A stretch of DNA of 64,000 bases from Octopus sinensis (lineage: Eukaryota). Below, piece by piece: positions 26,287 to 40,089 of the stretch. The notes beneath the pieces were generated by a model, which saw only the letters and a program-made list of their open reading frames with translations, was not told the origin of the DNA and made no database searches. Location of the stretch: positions 27,962,001-28,026,000 of the forward strand of contig NC_043007.1 of NCBI RefSeq assembly GCF_006345805.1, given 5' to 3'. Both the position numbers and the translations under genes were made by a program. Every line of letters begins with the position of its first letter. Position 1 is the first letter of the stretch.

Positions 26287-27061
26287 GTATTAAAAAAAAA
26301 AACACAAAAATTTCCACACGAAAGCACGTGATCTCTGCTCTGGGCATGTAGCTTAAACGTGTTTTTCTGACGTGAATTTGCTACCCAGGTATCGGTTAAC
26401 CGAATTATCCATACTAAGATAATTCATTCAACTACTTATATATATATTATATATATATATATATATAATATATAATATATATATATATTCGATATTAAGA
26501 AGGGAAAAATTGCTATTTATTATTTTCGTTTCTGCCTTTATGACGGAAATTTATTTTCACATGATTCCGAATATGTTGTAATAGCAAAGAAGGCAACTTC
26601 TGCCCCCGGGGAAGACAGGAATGAAAATACAAAGATTTTGCATATGGAGGTAATTTTTCAAATAACAGTAGATACAATTTAAGTTAACCAGAACGACAAC
26701 AATACAAAATTTAACAGTGAAAAACCCTATAAGAGTAATGTAGCGATTGTAACAACACAACCGTGAATTTTTTTCACGGTCGCGTATCTGAGACACAGAA
26801 TCACTAAATTTCACAGAAATCGCTCAAACTTAACCTCTTTAGATATAAAGGGCTCATAAAATAATATGGAGTATATATATTAAAGGAGTTAGGCTAAAAA
26901 CGTGTTTCCAATATGCTTGAAATCAATGTCTAGGCACTAGAAAACTTTTAGATTTTTAGTGTCTCGGCATTAATTTCAAGCATGTTGGAAACAGGTGTTT
27001 CGCTTTGCTCCTTTGATATAGATATATAATTATTAATTCTATATATATATATACATATATA

Positions 27062-27352
27062 CGACGGGCTTCTTTCAGTTTCCGTGTACCATATCCACTC
27101 AGAATGCTTTGGTCGGCCCGGGGCTATAGTAGACGTCACTTGTCCAAGGTGCCGCGCAGTTGGATTGAACCCAGAACCATGTGATTGGGAAGTAAGCTTT
27201 TTACTCCACTGCCACTCCTGCATCTATGTCTCTGTGCGTGAGAGAAAGAGAGAATATTATGTATGTATTTTTGTATGGGCAGTGAGAGACAGTCATATGT
27301 ATAGCTGCATACATAGGTACATACATACATACATACTACATACATACATACA

Positions 27353-27384
<32 letters not shown>

Positions 27385-27527
27385 GCGGTTTGGCAAAAGA
27401 GACCGATAGAATAAGTACTGGGCTTCCAAAGAATAAGTCCCGGGGTCGATTTGTTCGACTAAAGGCGGTGCTCCAGCATGGCCACAGTCAACTGACTGAA
27501 ACAAGTAAAAAAGTAAAGAGTAAAAGA
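27062..27527. mobile_element. Family B head (-, 27062-27225) and family B second module (+, 27383-27527) in divergent orientation
   Basis: Homology to 14246-14719. Confidence 0.65.
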
Positions 27528-27782
27528 GTATGTGTTATTGTGTGTGTGTGTGTGTTCAAGAAGGAGTAGAATACTCTGAAAAACTTGTATGGCAAATATT
27601 TATTTTTAAAATAGTTATCGATGGATGCGTCCTGTACCCTCTGTATCTCTATATCCAACCGGTTTCATTTCGTCAAGGAAAATTATCGTAGGCAAACAAT
27701 TGGCGTTGTTTTAATTTCATGTCAAAAACTTTTTTACTGTTAACATGCTAGGTATTACATGAAGTATGCAAAGTTCTTAGGG

Positions 27783-27877
<95 letters not shown>

Positions 27878-27889
27878 AAGAATCGTTTC

Positions 27890-28082
27890 ATATTTTGGCA
27901 CAAGGCCAGTATACTTCGGGGAAGGGAATAAGGCGATTACGCAAACCCCAGTCCTTAAATTATATTCACCCCGAAAGAATGAAAGGCAAAGTCGACTTTG
28001 GCTGAATTTGAACTCAGAACGAAAAGCCGGGCAATAAGCCGCTAACCATTTTCTTCGGTGTACTAACAATTCTGCCAGCTCA
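27890..28082 (-). mobile_element. SINE family C (C2)
   Basis: Homology. Confidence 0.7.
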
Positions 28083-28299
28083 CAGCCTCAATGATGATGA
28101 TGGTGATGATGATGAGTTATTGATGTTGTTGTTGTTGTTGTTGTTGTTGCTGGTGGTGGTGGTGGAGGTGATGGTGGTGGAGCTGGTGGTGTTGGTGGTG
28201 GTAGATTATTAATTAATTATTTATATGTAAACTCATTCATTTTACACCAGTTTTATATTTTCCGATGACTGATATCATTTAGTGAATATACTATATTCC

Positions 28300-28540
28300 T
28301 GTGGACAAGAGCGGATAAATAAGAGGTTTACGTTTCTTTATAGAAGTGATAATATTTCTAAATATTCAGCACACCTGTCTGTGACTTTGCTTCGATATAT
28401 TTGTTTGTACCCGGAACACCGTACTTGCTGCCGATGCTGTGTCATTTTTAAAAAATTCATTCCAATGTTTTCTTGTATAATTCCCTTCACAACCTGATCC
28501 ACATTTGAAAATAATTCAAATTTCCGGATGCACAGCCAAA
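28300..28540 (-). mobile_element. Degenerate PLE GIY-YIG endonuclease relic
   Basis: Frameshifted reading CAS.NL..Y...GCEGNY...KMTQHRQQVR...DRCA, resembling PLE C.GC...YIGQT...HRQQIR. Confidence 0.45.
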
Positions 28541-30600
28541 AATGCCAGTATTATCCTTTGAACACCTTAAAATATGTTCTTGTTTTGGACCGTCCTCTTT
28601 TTCCAACTTTGTTTCTGTTCTCTTCGAATATAATTCGGCATTTGTTGACCTTCTTTATGCTGGTTATATACGTTTTATATTAGTATGCATGTGTAAAACA
28701 CGATTCAGTTTGTGTCCTTTTTCGTGATTGGTACAATTAAAAAAAAATAAAATAACAGTAGAACTTTAAAACAAAATAATATTAGGATTTTTATCGGAAA
28801 CAAATTTGCGTTTTTGGAACAGGTTTGAAAGCAACAATAAAGCTGAAATAATTATGAGTGTTGACTAAATTCAGTGTCAGTGGTTTTTCATTGGACTTAA
28901 CGATAAAACCATTTTAGAAACACTTGGCTTTCAAAGTCGACCAAGAAAAAATATCGTTAAGCAGCATAAAGTTTAACGTGGAATTTCTAAAATTTACATC
29001 ATCGAACAAAGAGAAAAATTCATGGCCATTGATTGGAAAATTCGCAATGAATTTCGGAAAAAAACAACACAAAACAAATAGAATGATATTGCTATAAAGC
29101 TTTCCAAACCTCTCCAAATTTGCTTGAATCAAAATGCATAAATGAAGAACTAAAACACACCTCATGCTTGGAAAAAAAATTGATATTTAGTTAACGATAA
29201 TGAAAAAAAATTCATATTGGGAATTACACTCGACAACCTTTTTTTAGAGAAACCTTATTTCAAAACGGCTAAACTACCTACACGAAGATCAAATTATTCG
29301 ACTTTTGAATAACATAAAAAAAAGGAAGAAAAAAACAATTTCTGATTTCAAAGGATATTTTCAAACTAAAAACAGGAACAAGCCTTGAAATTGTAATACA
29401 TCAACATGAGGAAATTATTTTCAAGTTTAAAATGTCAACTTTTTACCAACACTGAGAAATACTCAGAGAAATAACTTTGAACTTGTCTATGAAATTCAAA
29501 AATCTACACTCACTGGTGGAGCTAGAAATAATTGAAGTTGAGACCACCCACAAAACTATGCTAATTGTATTCTATATTCTTTAAAGAGTTACAGGATTGG
29601 ACCAAAGAGGAGACGGTAAAAGAAATAAAAGGAATACCTTTGCCGAAGAAAACCATTCTTCGGAATTCTTGGAAAACAAGTATATTTGCAAAATTACTAA
29701 ATTGAATCCAGTCACTCTAAGATATATTTAGAACAAAATTTAAGATATTTCTGAATTTCGTGGAAGAATTATTTGATAAGGAAACGATGTGGAACCGCTT
29801 CTTAGAAACAAAAATAACCATTTTTCAATACAAGCAGAAATAAATCCGTTCGTGCTTTTTGTGGCTACTTTTTGAATTTTCCGTATAATATCATAGAAAA
29901 TCGAAGATTTAAGTCACACTTCAGCCCCATTGAATCAGGAACATTTCAAGATGAAAACTAATAACAGATTAACAATGAAAGAAGCTGCTGTAAGGAATGC
30001 AAATGCATTGATATAAGATTAGAAAAAGATTGCTGTGTCTCTGCTAAGAACAAATATACGAAATGCTTAAAAATAAACAGACAGAAAACAATGAAATATC
30101 TTTACACTTCTCCTGAAAAGTATTAAACGGTAAATCACGTGTTAACTTTAAATGTAAATCTAGTCTTTACTATAATTTACCAAAATTTTACAAATGCAGG
30201 ATTACGAATGAAATATGCACAAGATCTACAAGTATTTGCATTAATGTTTTATTACAAAAAGAATTTTAAATAAAAATACCTGTAAAACTGCACCATTTGG
30301 AAGTCTTAATCTGAATAATATTTTAGGCATTCAACTGAAACCAATTCTATACGATGTTGAAAGTTTTATAAGAATCAACGCAAAGATATATTGGATATTC
30401 TTCCGCAAACGGTTAATGTAAAGACCATTATTGTATCTTTCGAAAGAATTACACGAAAATCCGCACGCCCATAAAATAGAATGGAAAAAAAAAACTTTTT
30501 TTCCGGAAAGCTTTACATATGAAAAACCGGGATTTTGGTACAAAAGAAATATGTGAAGGATTGAAATTTATTTTTAAGAGTATCTACTTTATATTTTATA

Positions 30601-30818
30601 CGATGAGGTGCAGAAAAGTTCTTGGTTTCGGGTAAATGAAAATACAGGAGAATCAGTGAAATGTGATTTTATTAAACACATTCCCTTCTCAGATTCATAC
30701 ATTTATTGCAGCAGTCCGTCAGTTTTTCTAAGTCCTGTAAAAGAACTCTTACGGTTGGGCCTCAAACAAGGTCCTTTAGTGATAACCTTGAAGCCAGAAA
30801 CTTTTCAGCACCCCTTCG
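30601..30818. mobile_element. 218-bp mariner-type MITE
   Basis: TIRs CGATGAGGTGCAGAAAAGTTCTTGG and the reverse complement of CGAAGGGGTGCTGAAAAGTTTCTGG. TA on both flanks. Confidence 0.75.
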
Positions 30819-30939
30819 TATTAGATATTTGCACCAAAAATCAGGAGGCACAGTACCATTACCGCATCCACAAATTATACAGATTTACAAATATTTTATT
30901 TGAAAATTACAATGTTTGATTCTTCTTCGATATTAACTT

Positions 30940-31372
30940 CAAATTTTGGCACAAGGCCAGCACGTTCGTAGTGGGGTTTAAAGTGATTACATCGAATGCT
31001 ACTTATTCTATCGAGTCCGAAAGGGATGAAAATCAAAATAAACCTCGGCGGAATTTTGAACGCAGAACGTAAACACGGAAGATATATCGCTAAGCATTTC
31101 GCCTGGCGTGCTAACGATATCGCCATCTCGCAGTCTTGAAAATGAATTCTAAAATTTTGATTTCAAATTTTGGAACAAGCAATTTAGAGAGAGAAGGGTG
31201 TAAGTCGATTACGTCGAACCCAGTGCTCAAGTGGTACTTATTTTATCGACCCCACCCCATAAGATGAAAGGCAAAGTCGACTTGTATGGAATTTGAACAC
31301 AGAACATAAAGACGGATGATATGTCGCTAAGCATTTTGCCCGGCGTGCTAACGTTTCTGTCAGCTCGCCGTC
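30940..31372 (-). mobile_element. Two tandem SINE family C copies (about 30940-31130 and 31160-31372)
   Basis: Homology. Confidence 0.7.
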
Positions 31373-32092
31373 CTGTAAATGACTTTTAAAGTGTTGCTAA
31401 TTAGAATTGATTATGACATTTATTTTGCAGTGAAATACATCTATAAACGTTTTTGATATTTTATGTTAATAATTTGAGACAAGCATATATTACAAATTTC
31501 TAAATTCCAAACTGCATCTAAGTTCTTTATTTCGGATCACCGAAACGCAACCGAATAAATATTTCATTTGATTTAGCCACAAGAAAATATAGTTCCCGAT
31601 GTAAATATTGGTTATATATGTCAACAAGAAATTTAAAATTCGCTCATCGACAAATAATATTTACCATTCTTAATAGATGGTTTGATGGAACAGGTGAAGA
31701 TAATGGATGTTTGCATACGAAGACAAGCAAAACAAAAAAATATAATCCATAAATTTTAAATTGTTCGATATGACTTTACCAATAATTTTAGAATCGGCGT
31801 TGGGTTTTACAAATGCTTACAAATACATATAAAAAAATCATGAAAGAACATAAAAAAAAACTAGCTGAATTATATTCAACGATCATGGAAGCAACGTTAC
31901 CATTGTTCTTGAATATTATCTGCCATTGTGCGTGCTAATTTAATAACCAGTTCTTTTATCTTAAGGCTTCGTGACAAGTCTCCCCAATTATCGTGGAAAC
32001 ATTCAACATCCAAATACCAAGCTCAACACCCTAGCTCTCCCCAGTAGCACAACTTTTTGGACATGCTCTGCTCTCATGTCAATTCAGATTTT

Positions 32093-32135
<43 letters not shown>

Positions 32136-32164
32136 ACCTGGTTGCTAGTGCTCCGAACCCCACT

Positions 32165-32286
32165 ACAATTATTATTATTATTAAGTAGTTTTTTTATATA
32201 TCGTGCTTTCACTTCTCTACCGAGCGCAGCTCTGTGTGTCTTGGATATGTGCTGTGGTTTGTTTTGATGCTCTGATGATTACTGTA

Positions 32287-32330
<44 letters not shown>

Positions 32331-32389
32331 TGTTATTATTATTGTTATTATTATTATTATTATTATATTATTATCATCATCATCACCTC

Positions 32390-32435
<46 letters not shown>

Positions 32436-32472
32436 CATCATCATCATCATCATCATCTCATCATCATCATCA

Positions 32473-32503
<31 letters not shown>

Positions 32504-32700
32504 GATTGATTGATTGATTGATTGATCGATTGATTGATTGGTGTTGTATAAGTGAGCAGTCTCATTATCAAAGTGACACTGGGGTAAAATATACGAAGCC
32601 CAGTGTATTCATCACGACTACCAGTCTGATATGGGTACACCAGGCACATACATCACAACCATATATGCGCGACATGGTTATCTCATATCAAAATAACTAG
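32165..32700 (-). mobile_element. Composite of repeat E (about 32540-32700), compound microsatellite, and family D 3' end (about 32165-32290)
   Basis: Same order as 59432-60105, on the opposite strand. Confidence 0.65.
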
Positions 32701-33063
32701 TCTTTCAGTTTCCGTCTACCAAATCTACTCATAAAGCTATATAGTAGAAGACACATGCCGAAGATCCATGTGGTTGGTAAACAAACTACTTATCACACAG
32801 CCACGCGTTGGTCAATATATAGTTTGTCTATGTGTGCATGCATACAAATATACATGTATGTATGCACTGTACGTGCAAGTATATACGTGTGCGCATGTCT
32901 AAATACTTAAATAATAAATATGTATGCATACATATATACATACATATATATATATATTATATATATATATGTATATATATATGTGTGTGTGTGTATATAT
33001 ATATACATATATACATACATACACACAAATATATATACATGTCTATATATATATATATATATA

Positions 33064-33114
<51 letters not shown>

Positions 33115-33117
33115 AAA

Positions 33118-33157
33118 ACTGTCCGACGAACGGGAACGTGAAACTCTAAGTAACAGT
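33118..33157 (+). ncRNA. Minimal type-I HHR-like motif at the start of a PLE-type repeat
   Basis: ACTGT-CCGACGA-ACG(GGAA)CGT-GAA-ACTCTAAGT-A-ACAGT. Stem I is a perfect 5 bp. Confidence 0.6.
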
Positions 33158-33282
33158 TTTTATATTTTAACTGCTTATTAATAAAGCATATTACTCTACC
33201 TCTGGTATACGAGTACTATTTTTCCAGCTTGTTTCATATTTATGTGCTTACTCTGCTATATATCTACATCCATCTGTCTATG

Positions 33283-33334
<52 letters not shown>

Positions 33335-33337
33335 AAT

Positions 33338-33426
<89 letters not shown>

Positions 33427-33519
33427 CAGATAGATAGATAGATAGACCACCTCTGTCCGGCACTCGCCATGGTTGATCGATAGCCACTAAACCAGTTTTT
33501 ATTGTCTCTCCTTGTGTTC

Positions 33520-33555
33520 CTTTCTGTTGAAGAGCGTAGGCTCGAAACGTAAAAG
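33520..33555 (+). ncRNA. Minimal HHR-like motif (CUGUUGA variant)
   Basis: CTTT-CTGTTGA-A-GAGC(GTAG)GCTC-GAA-ACGT-A-AAAG. Confidence 0.55.
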
Positions 33556-35364
33556 ACTTTCTCACTTCCCGCGCGTTAGACTAATACAGCTGTTTGCTGT
33601 TTACACACCCGTCTTCGTCTCTTTTTTTTGTTTGTTTGTTTGTTTGTTTATTTGTAAATTCCGTCTATATATATAATTGATTCATTGGGTACATACTCTT
33701 AAAGTTTACCATAATAAGCATATCCTTAGATAGTGGCTATTAGAGAAAATTGGGTATTGGAAATCGTTTGTTCTACGAGACATCGGAATATTTACATTAA
33801 AACCATAAAGTATTTGTAGATCGACCTCAGTACGCAACTGGTACTTAATTTATCGACCCCGAAAGGATGAAAGGCAAAGTCGACCTCGGCGAATTTGGAC
33901 TCAGAACGTAAAGACAGACAAAATACTATAATGATAAATATTTTTTTAAATATACAGCGAGTTAATTATTTTAGTCATTAAATTTACAATAATTTCGCCA
34001 TTATTCAATAAAATGAATTTTAGAGAATTAAGAAATAATTCCTGCAACTGTCATTTAAATTTTATGTGCCATTTGGGTAAGGTTTTTTTTTCTCTTTAAA
34101 ACGTGTTGAAGAGGACTGGAAATGATTTAGTAAAAAGTAACACGTTTGCTGAACCGGATATCCTCTGAATACATGGCTGTAAGTTGGCAGTGTCTTCATG
34201 AACACGTCTTCATAATAGAAACAAATGCGTGTTGGGTTGAAGGACGGTCATTTTGTTTAGACGTGATAATGGTCCGTTCTGACAGCTGGTGGTTCTGTGC
34301 GTTACTTTCGACAAAATTTACCGCTGCCGGCCTCATTAAATCAGAAGTTATGATGCCATGAACCTTTTACCGTTTTTCTTTTCCTTTTTAACATTGAAGT
34401 AGATATATAAACTATTTCTTTCTCTGTTTTTTTTAGTTTTTAGTTTTACAGGTTATATATCGAATGAGATCAAAGTTCTGTGCTATAAAATACTTCCTTC
34501 TCATATTTACTCTCATCTCCTTTTTATACACCAGCACAGGGATGAATCTGTTTTATTATTATAAACAAACACACATACACAGATACACAAACACAAACAC
34601 ACATACACAGATACACAAACACAAACACACAGGCACTCGCTCCCGCACTCACAGACATCATCAATAATTCATTCATTGTTTTTTATACTAAAGAAATTGT
34701 TTATATATGCACATACATCCACATTAAAACGAATAATGTTGCTACAGAGACAAAAATACAAGAATACTCCCGCATATTCTAAGCTATTCGTCCATCTCTA
34801 CAGGGGTACACGCTATGCAAGTATAATTGAACATGAAAATTAGGGTGGTAGTTATTTTCCAAGAATATTAATTGTTATACTACGGGTATAACTCAGGGTG
34901 TTTTGAACAAGTAAATCTTTCGAGGGAGTTTGTAGATGTGAAGGTTCGTGTATTATAGAGATGCATCCATTAGTTTGCTAGTTGTATATTGGTTTTTAAA
35001 TGAAGGTAGGCATCAAATAATCAGCCTGTCGGGCGATATCTTTTGGAGGTTTTCTAATATCTGTGTCGACATCTTATGATAATTTCGGAATGTTTATTAT
35101 CGTATCCATTCATAACAATATCGAGATTGTTTCAATACCCAACTCCCATACCCGGTTTTCACCCTAATACGAAAAGACAACCTGTAGGATACAGCATGAG
35201 ATACACTATTCAATTATCTTTATATTTAGTTTCCAGATTAGGGCCGCATTATTATATCATTACGTAAGATTGATTATATTGAAATATGATGAAGATATAG
35301 TAAATTAGAGTAATTAAAAGATGTGCTCTCTCCATTTCTTTAACTTTTGTCCTTATATATATAT

Positions 35365-36591
35365 ATTGGCTGACCGGTTCGCGGAATACCTTCGTGACAT
35401 CCACCTTGCGAACGACACACCGGTCTCACGCCATTTCCGCTCCACCGGTCACTCCTTGCAACACCTATCTGTGTTCGGTTTGTCCTTACACAGAGGCCAT
35501 CCGGATTCCCGTTTGCGCCGTGAACAGGAATTAATCTTCTCTCTTCGCTCTTATACGCCATTTGGTCTCAACTCTCCCCCCCTCCTCATCTAACCCCCCT
35601 CTCCCCCCTCCTCACCTAACCTCTCCCCCCCGACCCCTACTTCTTCAGTCCTTCATCCTTTCACCCCTACTCCCCTTCCCTTCTTCCCTCTTTCTCCCTC
35701 CCTCCTTCCCTCTTCCCCTTCCCTCTGCTCCCTCACTCCCCTTCTCTCCCCCTCTCCCTCTTTCCTCCATCCTCCTCCCCTTCCTTCTCCCCTCCTCTCT
35801 CCCCCCTCCCCCTCCTTTCCCCCTCCTTTCCCCCTCTTCCCCCTCTTCCCTCTTCCCACTCTCCACCCCCTCTTCTCCCCTCCCCCTCTTCTCCTCTCTC
35901 CACACTACACCACACGACTTTACACATCACATCATATATGATGTGCCATACTAATACATACACCAACTAATACATACTAATACGTACTAATACATACTAA
36001 TACATACTAATACATACACCAACCCTATACATACACACGTCCAGACCTCTCATACGCACTTATACTCTCTCATACACAAACACACACACTTATACATACT
36101 AATACGTACTAATACATACTAATACATACTAATACATACACCAACCCTATACATACGCACGTCCAGACCTCTCATACGCACTAATACTCTCTCATACACA
36201 CACACACACACACACACACCCTTATACATACTAATACATACACCAACCCTATACATACACACGTCCAGACCTCTCATACGCACTAATAGCTGGTCATTCA
36301 ACCCTATTATCAACCCTATTATCTCCCCTTATTTCGCTCTCGCGTCTCGTGTTTGATCTTTGACCTCTGGCCGAAATCAGATCGCCATGTTGATTCGTTA
36401 GTTACTGCACGCATTTTTTTTCTCTCCTTCTTTCTGTGTTTTTTTCTCTCTGTGTATCTTTCTGTTGAAGAGCGTAGGCTCGAAACGTTAAAGACTTGTT
36501 TTATTTATATTTCCTGAGCGCCATACTAATACAATTGTTTGTTTGTTTCCCACCTGCCTTCGTCTTTTGTCTATTTTCATAAAGCTTCCCG

Positions 36592-36595
<4 letters not shown>
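35365..36595 (+). mobile_element. 5'-truncated Penelope-like element: GIY-YIG C-terminus, CT-rich tract, minisatellite, terminal repeat with HHR at 36457-36494
   Basis: LADRFAEYLRDI...PVSRHF..TGHS...EQELIFSL..TPFGLN is a typical PLE endonuclease end. HHR reads TCTTT-CTGTTGA-A-GAGC(GTAG)GCTC-GAA-ACGT-T-AAAGA. Confidence 0.75.
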
Positions 36596-36631
<36 letters not shown>

Positions 36632-36682
36632 TATATATATATACATATATATACACACACACACATATATATATACATATAC

Positions 36683-36719
<37 letters not shown>

Positions 36720-36791
36720 ATAATATAATTCGAGACAAAACCACTATTTTAAAATCAATACATAAAATTTTAATATAAATTAAATAAACCG

Positions 36792-36835
36792 CCACTACAA
36801 TTGTTTCATGTCTGCTACCGACATTCTTCAGGTGG
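36792..36835 (-). ncRNA. Canonical-core type-I HHR (antisense copy)
   Basis: Exact reverse complement of 36971-37014. Confidence 0.75.
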
Positions 36836-36970
36836 ATTTTCGATCTAAAAATATCAATATATATATATAGATTATATATAGATTATATATTTTTGTTTTT
36901 ATATTCTTTCATTGATAATTTTATTATTTTAAATTATATTTTAAAATATTGATATTTTTAGATCGAAAAT

Positions 36971-37014
36971 CCACCTGAAGAATGTCGGTAGCAGACATGA
37001 AACAATTGTAGTGG
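36971..37014 (+). ncRNA. Canonical-core type-I HHR with palindromic stem III
   Basis: CCAC-CTGAAGA-ATGTC(GGTAGCA)GACAT-GAA-ACAATTGT-A-GTGG. GUA cleavage triplet ends at 37010. Confidence 0.75.
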
Positions 37015-37188
37015 CGGTTTATTTAATTTATATTAAAATTTTATGTATTGAATAAGTCTTTCCTTGTTTGATTTTAAAATAGTGGTTTTGTCTCGAATTA
37101 TATTATATAACATTTTACTATAAAATTGGATTTAACCCTAAATCCCTGTAAATTTGGATTCATTCCCTAATATTTATTATATATATAT

Positions 37189-37251
<63 letters not shown>

Positions 37252-37779
37252 GTATGTATATATATATATACATATATATATATATACATATACATAGCGG
37301 TGGTCTGATTCCCTTTACGGGACTCTGTCACGTTAAGTTGACATTATACAACCGTCCTCTCTCTATGTATTTATGTATGTATGTATGTATGTATGTAATG
37401 GCGGTGCCCCAGCAAGGCCGCAGTCTGATGACTGAAACAAGTAAAAGATGAAAAACAAAATATATATAACAGTTTCCCACACATTTTCCAAATCCAGAGA
37501 CCAAATCCACTTAAAAGGAATTTGTCGGCCCGGGGCTATAATAGAAGACACATGTCCTTTGTGACACGCAATAGGACTGAATCATAATCCATTCCGTCGC
37601 GAATCAGGCATCTTAACCACACGTCTATGTCCACGCCTTATTTCACAATCTCATTCATATAACCGATTACTTAATAACGCAGTCCGTTATGAAACGAGAC
37701 GAAGGCCTCCTGGGAACAGTGAACCTGTCAGCTTTTGTGCGTGTGTGTAGTTAATAATTCTCATTTTCTTTTCTAACAG

Positions 37780-37987
37780 GGACCTGAAGTGTGAAAACAT
37801 TATGTTGGATGGTGAGAACAACATTAAACTGACTGATTTTGGCTTTGCCAGGTATTTCCGAGACACTGATATATTCAAGACGTTTTGTGGCAGTGCCGCT
37901 TATGCTCCACCAGAAATATTACAAGGAATTCCGTACAGCCCTGTTCTACATGATATTTGGGCTCTCGGCGTGATTCTTTACAATATG
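37780..37987 (+). CDS. TSSK: TSSK-family kinase exon 3 (DLKCENIML...DFGFAR...[20 protein letters not shown]...[12 protein letters not shown])
   Basis: Acceptor TTTTCTAACAG| and donor ATG|GTAACT. The split codon AG+G completes HRDLKCEN. DFG and the TSSK-type T-loop KTFCGS are present. Confidence 0.96.
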
Positions 37988-38359
37988 GTAACTATTTTCC
38001 CTATTGTAATACACATACACACACACACACACATACATACACACACACACACACACACACTCGCACTAAATATTGCTTCGGGTTATAGAACTCGTGGGAC
38101 CAGTTATTCGGTTTCTATGGCGTATAAGTGACTGAAATCACAACATTACCTCAGAACGGTAAGACCAGTCAGACGCAGGGTTATACAATGATAGTTAGGA
38201 GTACTGGAGCAAAGTGAAATAGAGTATTTTGCTCAAGGACACAGCGCCACGCCCGGCCTGGAAATCGAAACGTCGATCTTGTGATCGCGAATGCAGCGCT
38301 ATAACTGCTAGGTCACATGCCTTCACCACACAAACGAATCAACTATGGAGTATCTATAT

Positions 38360-38635
38360 ATATATAAACGGCAAAATGTCTGTGTGTGTGTGTCCTTTAT
38401 AAAAATCCACAATTTTTCTGTTAGAGGGCTCGCCCTTTCTATGGTCATTCAAAACCGTCCAAGGGTGGTCGTGCATATCTTTACATTTTCCCAGTCACCC
38501 CGCAGAGCCATTACAAAATCAATAAAAGTTACTTTTTTGTGAATTTTCTATCCAAAACCCAATCAAAATGCCCGAAACTTGATACGCCAATAGAATGCCA
38601 GCTAGCTGTATGCGTCGCCGGGTCATAGTGCTAGT
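38360..38635 (-). mobile_element. Non-autonomous Helitron/Helentron-like element
   Basis: 5' ACTAGCACTATGACCCGGC and 3' ...TTTATATATATAGAT. Same termini style as 62881-63540. Confidence 0.5.
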
Positions 38636-38963
38636 GGAAGGTAATCGTAGACAAAACAATAATACTGTAAAACAAAAGTAAATAAATAAGAATAACGCCC
38701 AAGATGAAGGAGCACATACGCAACCATCTAGCATACTAGAAGTAGCTGTGCATTTAATGTCCTTCATATTAGACGGTGCCATCTTCAAAATAAAACTTAC
38801 ATATTGATTGAACCCGTTTTGTGCATGCGAGAAGTAGCTCTCTAGAATTACATCGTGTCGTCTTACTAAAAGACGGACATATCAAACCAATAAGTGAGAA
38901 TTTACAGGCCTTCTTGTCCTGCTAGAAACAGCAGCCGAATAAAAATTTATTGAAAGCTCACAT

Positions 38964-39372
38964 AGGCGCAGGAGTGGCTGTGTGGTAAGTAGCTTGCTAA
39001 CCAACCACATGGTTCCGGGTTCAGTCCCACTGCGTGGCATCTTGGGCAAGTGTCTTCTGCTATAGCCCCGGGCCGACCAATGCCTTGTGAGTGGATTTGG
39101 TAGACGGAAACTGAAAGAAGTCTGTCGTATATATGTATATATATATGTGTGTGTATATGTTTGTGTGTCTGTGTTTTTCCCCCTAGCATTGCTTGACAAC
39201 CGATGCTGGTGTGTTTACGTTCCCGTCACTTAGCGGTTCGGCAAAAGAGACCGATAGAATAAGTACTGGGCTTACAAAGAATAAGTCCTGGGGTCGATTT
39301 GCTCGACTAAAGGCGGTGCTCCAGCATGGCCGCAGTCAAATGACTGAAACAAGTAAAAGAGTAAAAGAGTAA
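38964..39372 (+). mobile_element. SINE family B
   Basis: Homology to 14246-14719. Confidence 0.85.
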
Positions 39373-39665
39373 ATACAGCCACAAGATTTTCTGGAATTCT
39401 CGGTTGCAAAGCATTTCCGGATCACTGATTTTTCCCCAGGTCAACACTAAGTTAAGCAAATATGAATTTACATAATTAAATAAAACATACTGACCTGTAC
39501 ATAAGTATAAATGATATAAGTTTATTAATGTTGTACTCTGCAAAATTAATTAGTGAGGCTGCCGCTGGAATTTGAAATTACGGTTCGTAAATTACAGTCG
39601 GCTATAAGAGGTTCGGACTATGAGTTGGTTTTGTGCATGCATTAACAATGAGGTATTCGTTACTA

Positions 39666-39702
<37 letters not shown>

Positions 39703-40049
39703 CAAGTACCACTTGAAAAGGAAAGTGAGAGTAGAGAGGCAAGTTTTGTCTAGCGAATGTTTTAAAAAAAGATGGTTGAATGTAGCAAGAATGGCACGTA
39801 TGAATGACGAAGCCACCTTGAGCATAGTCCTATGAACCCAGAAATCGAAAACAGAGAGTTGCTTATTTGCAAAAAAAAAAAAAAAAAAAAAAAAAGAAAT
39901 ATAAAATGTGACTTCATTGACCGAGGTTACCGTGGTCTTTTCCGCAGGCTTTTCTTTCCACGGGTAAACCTCACCTGTCCTCCCCTTTACACTTCATATT
40001 GACATTTCTGTGATAACGATCCCTATTGATCATTTTTTTTTCCTCTCCC

Positions 40050-40089
<40 letters not shown>

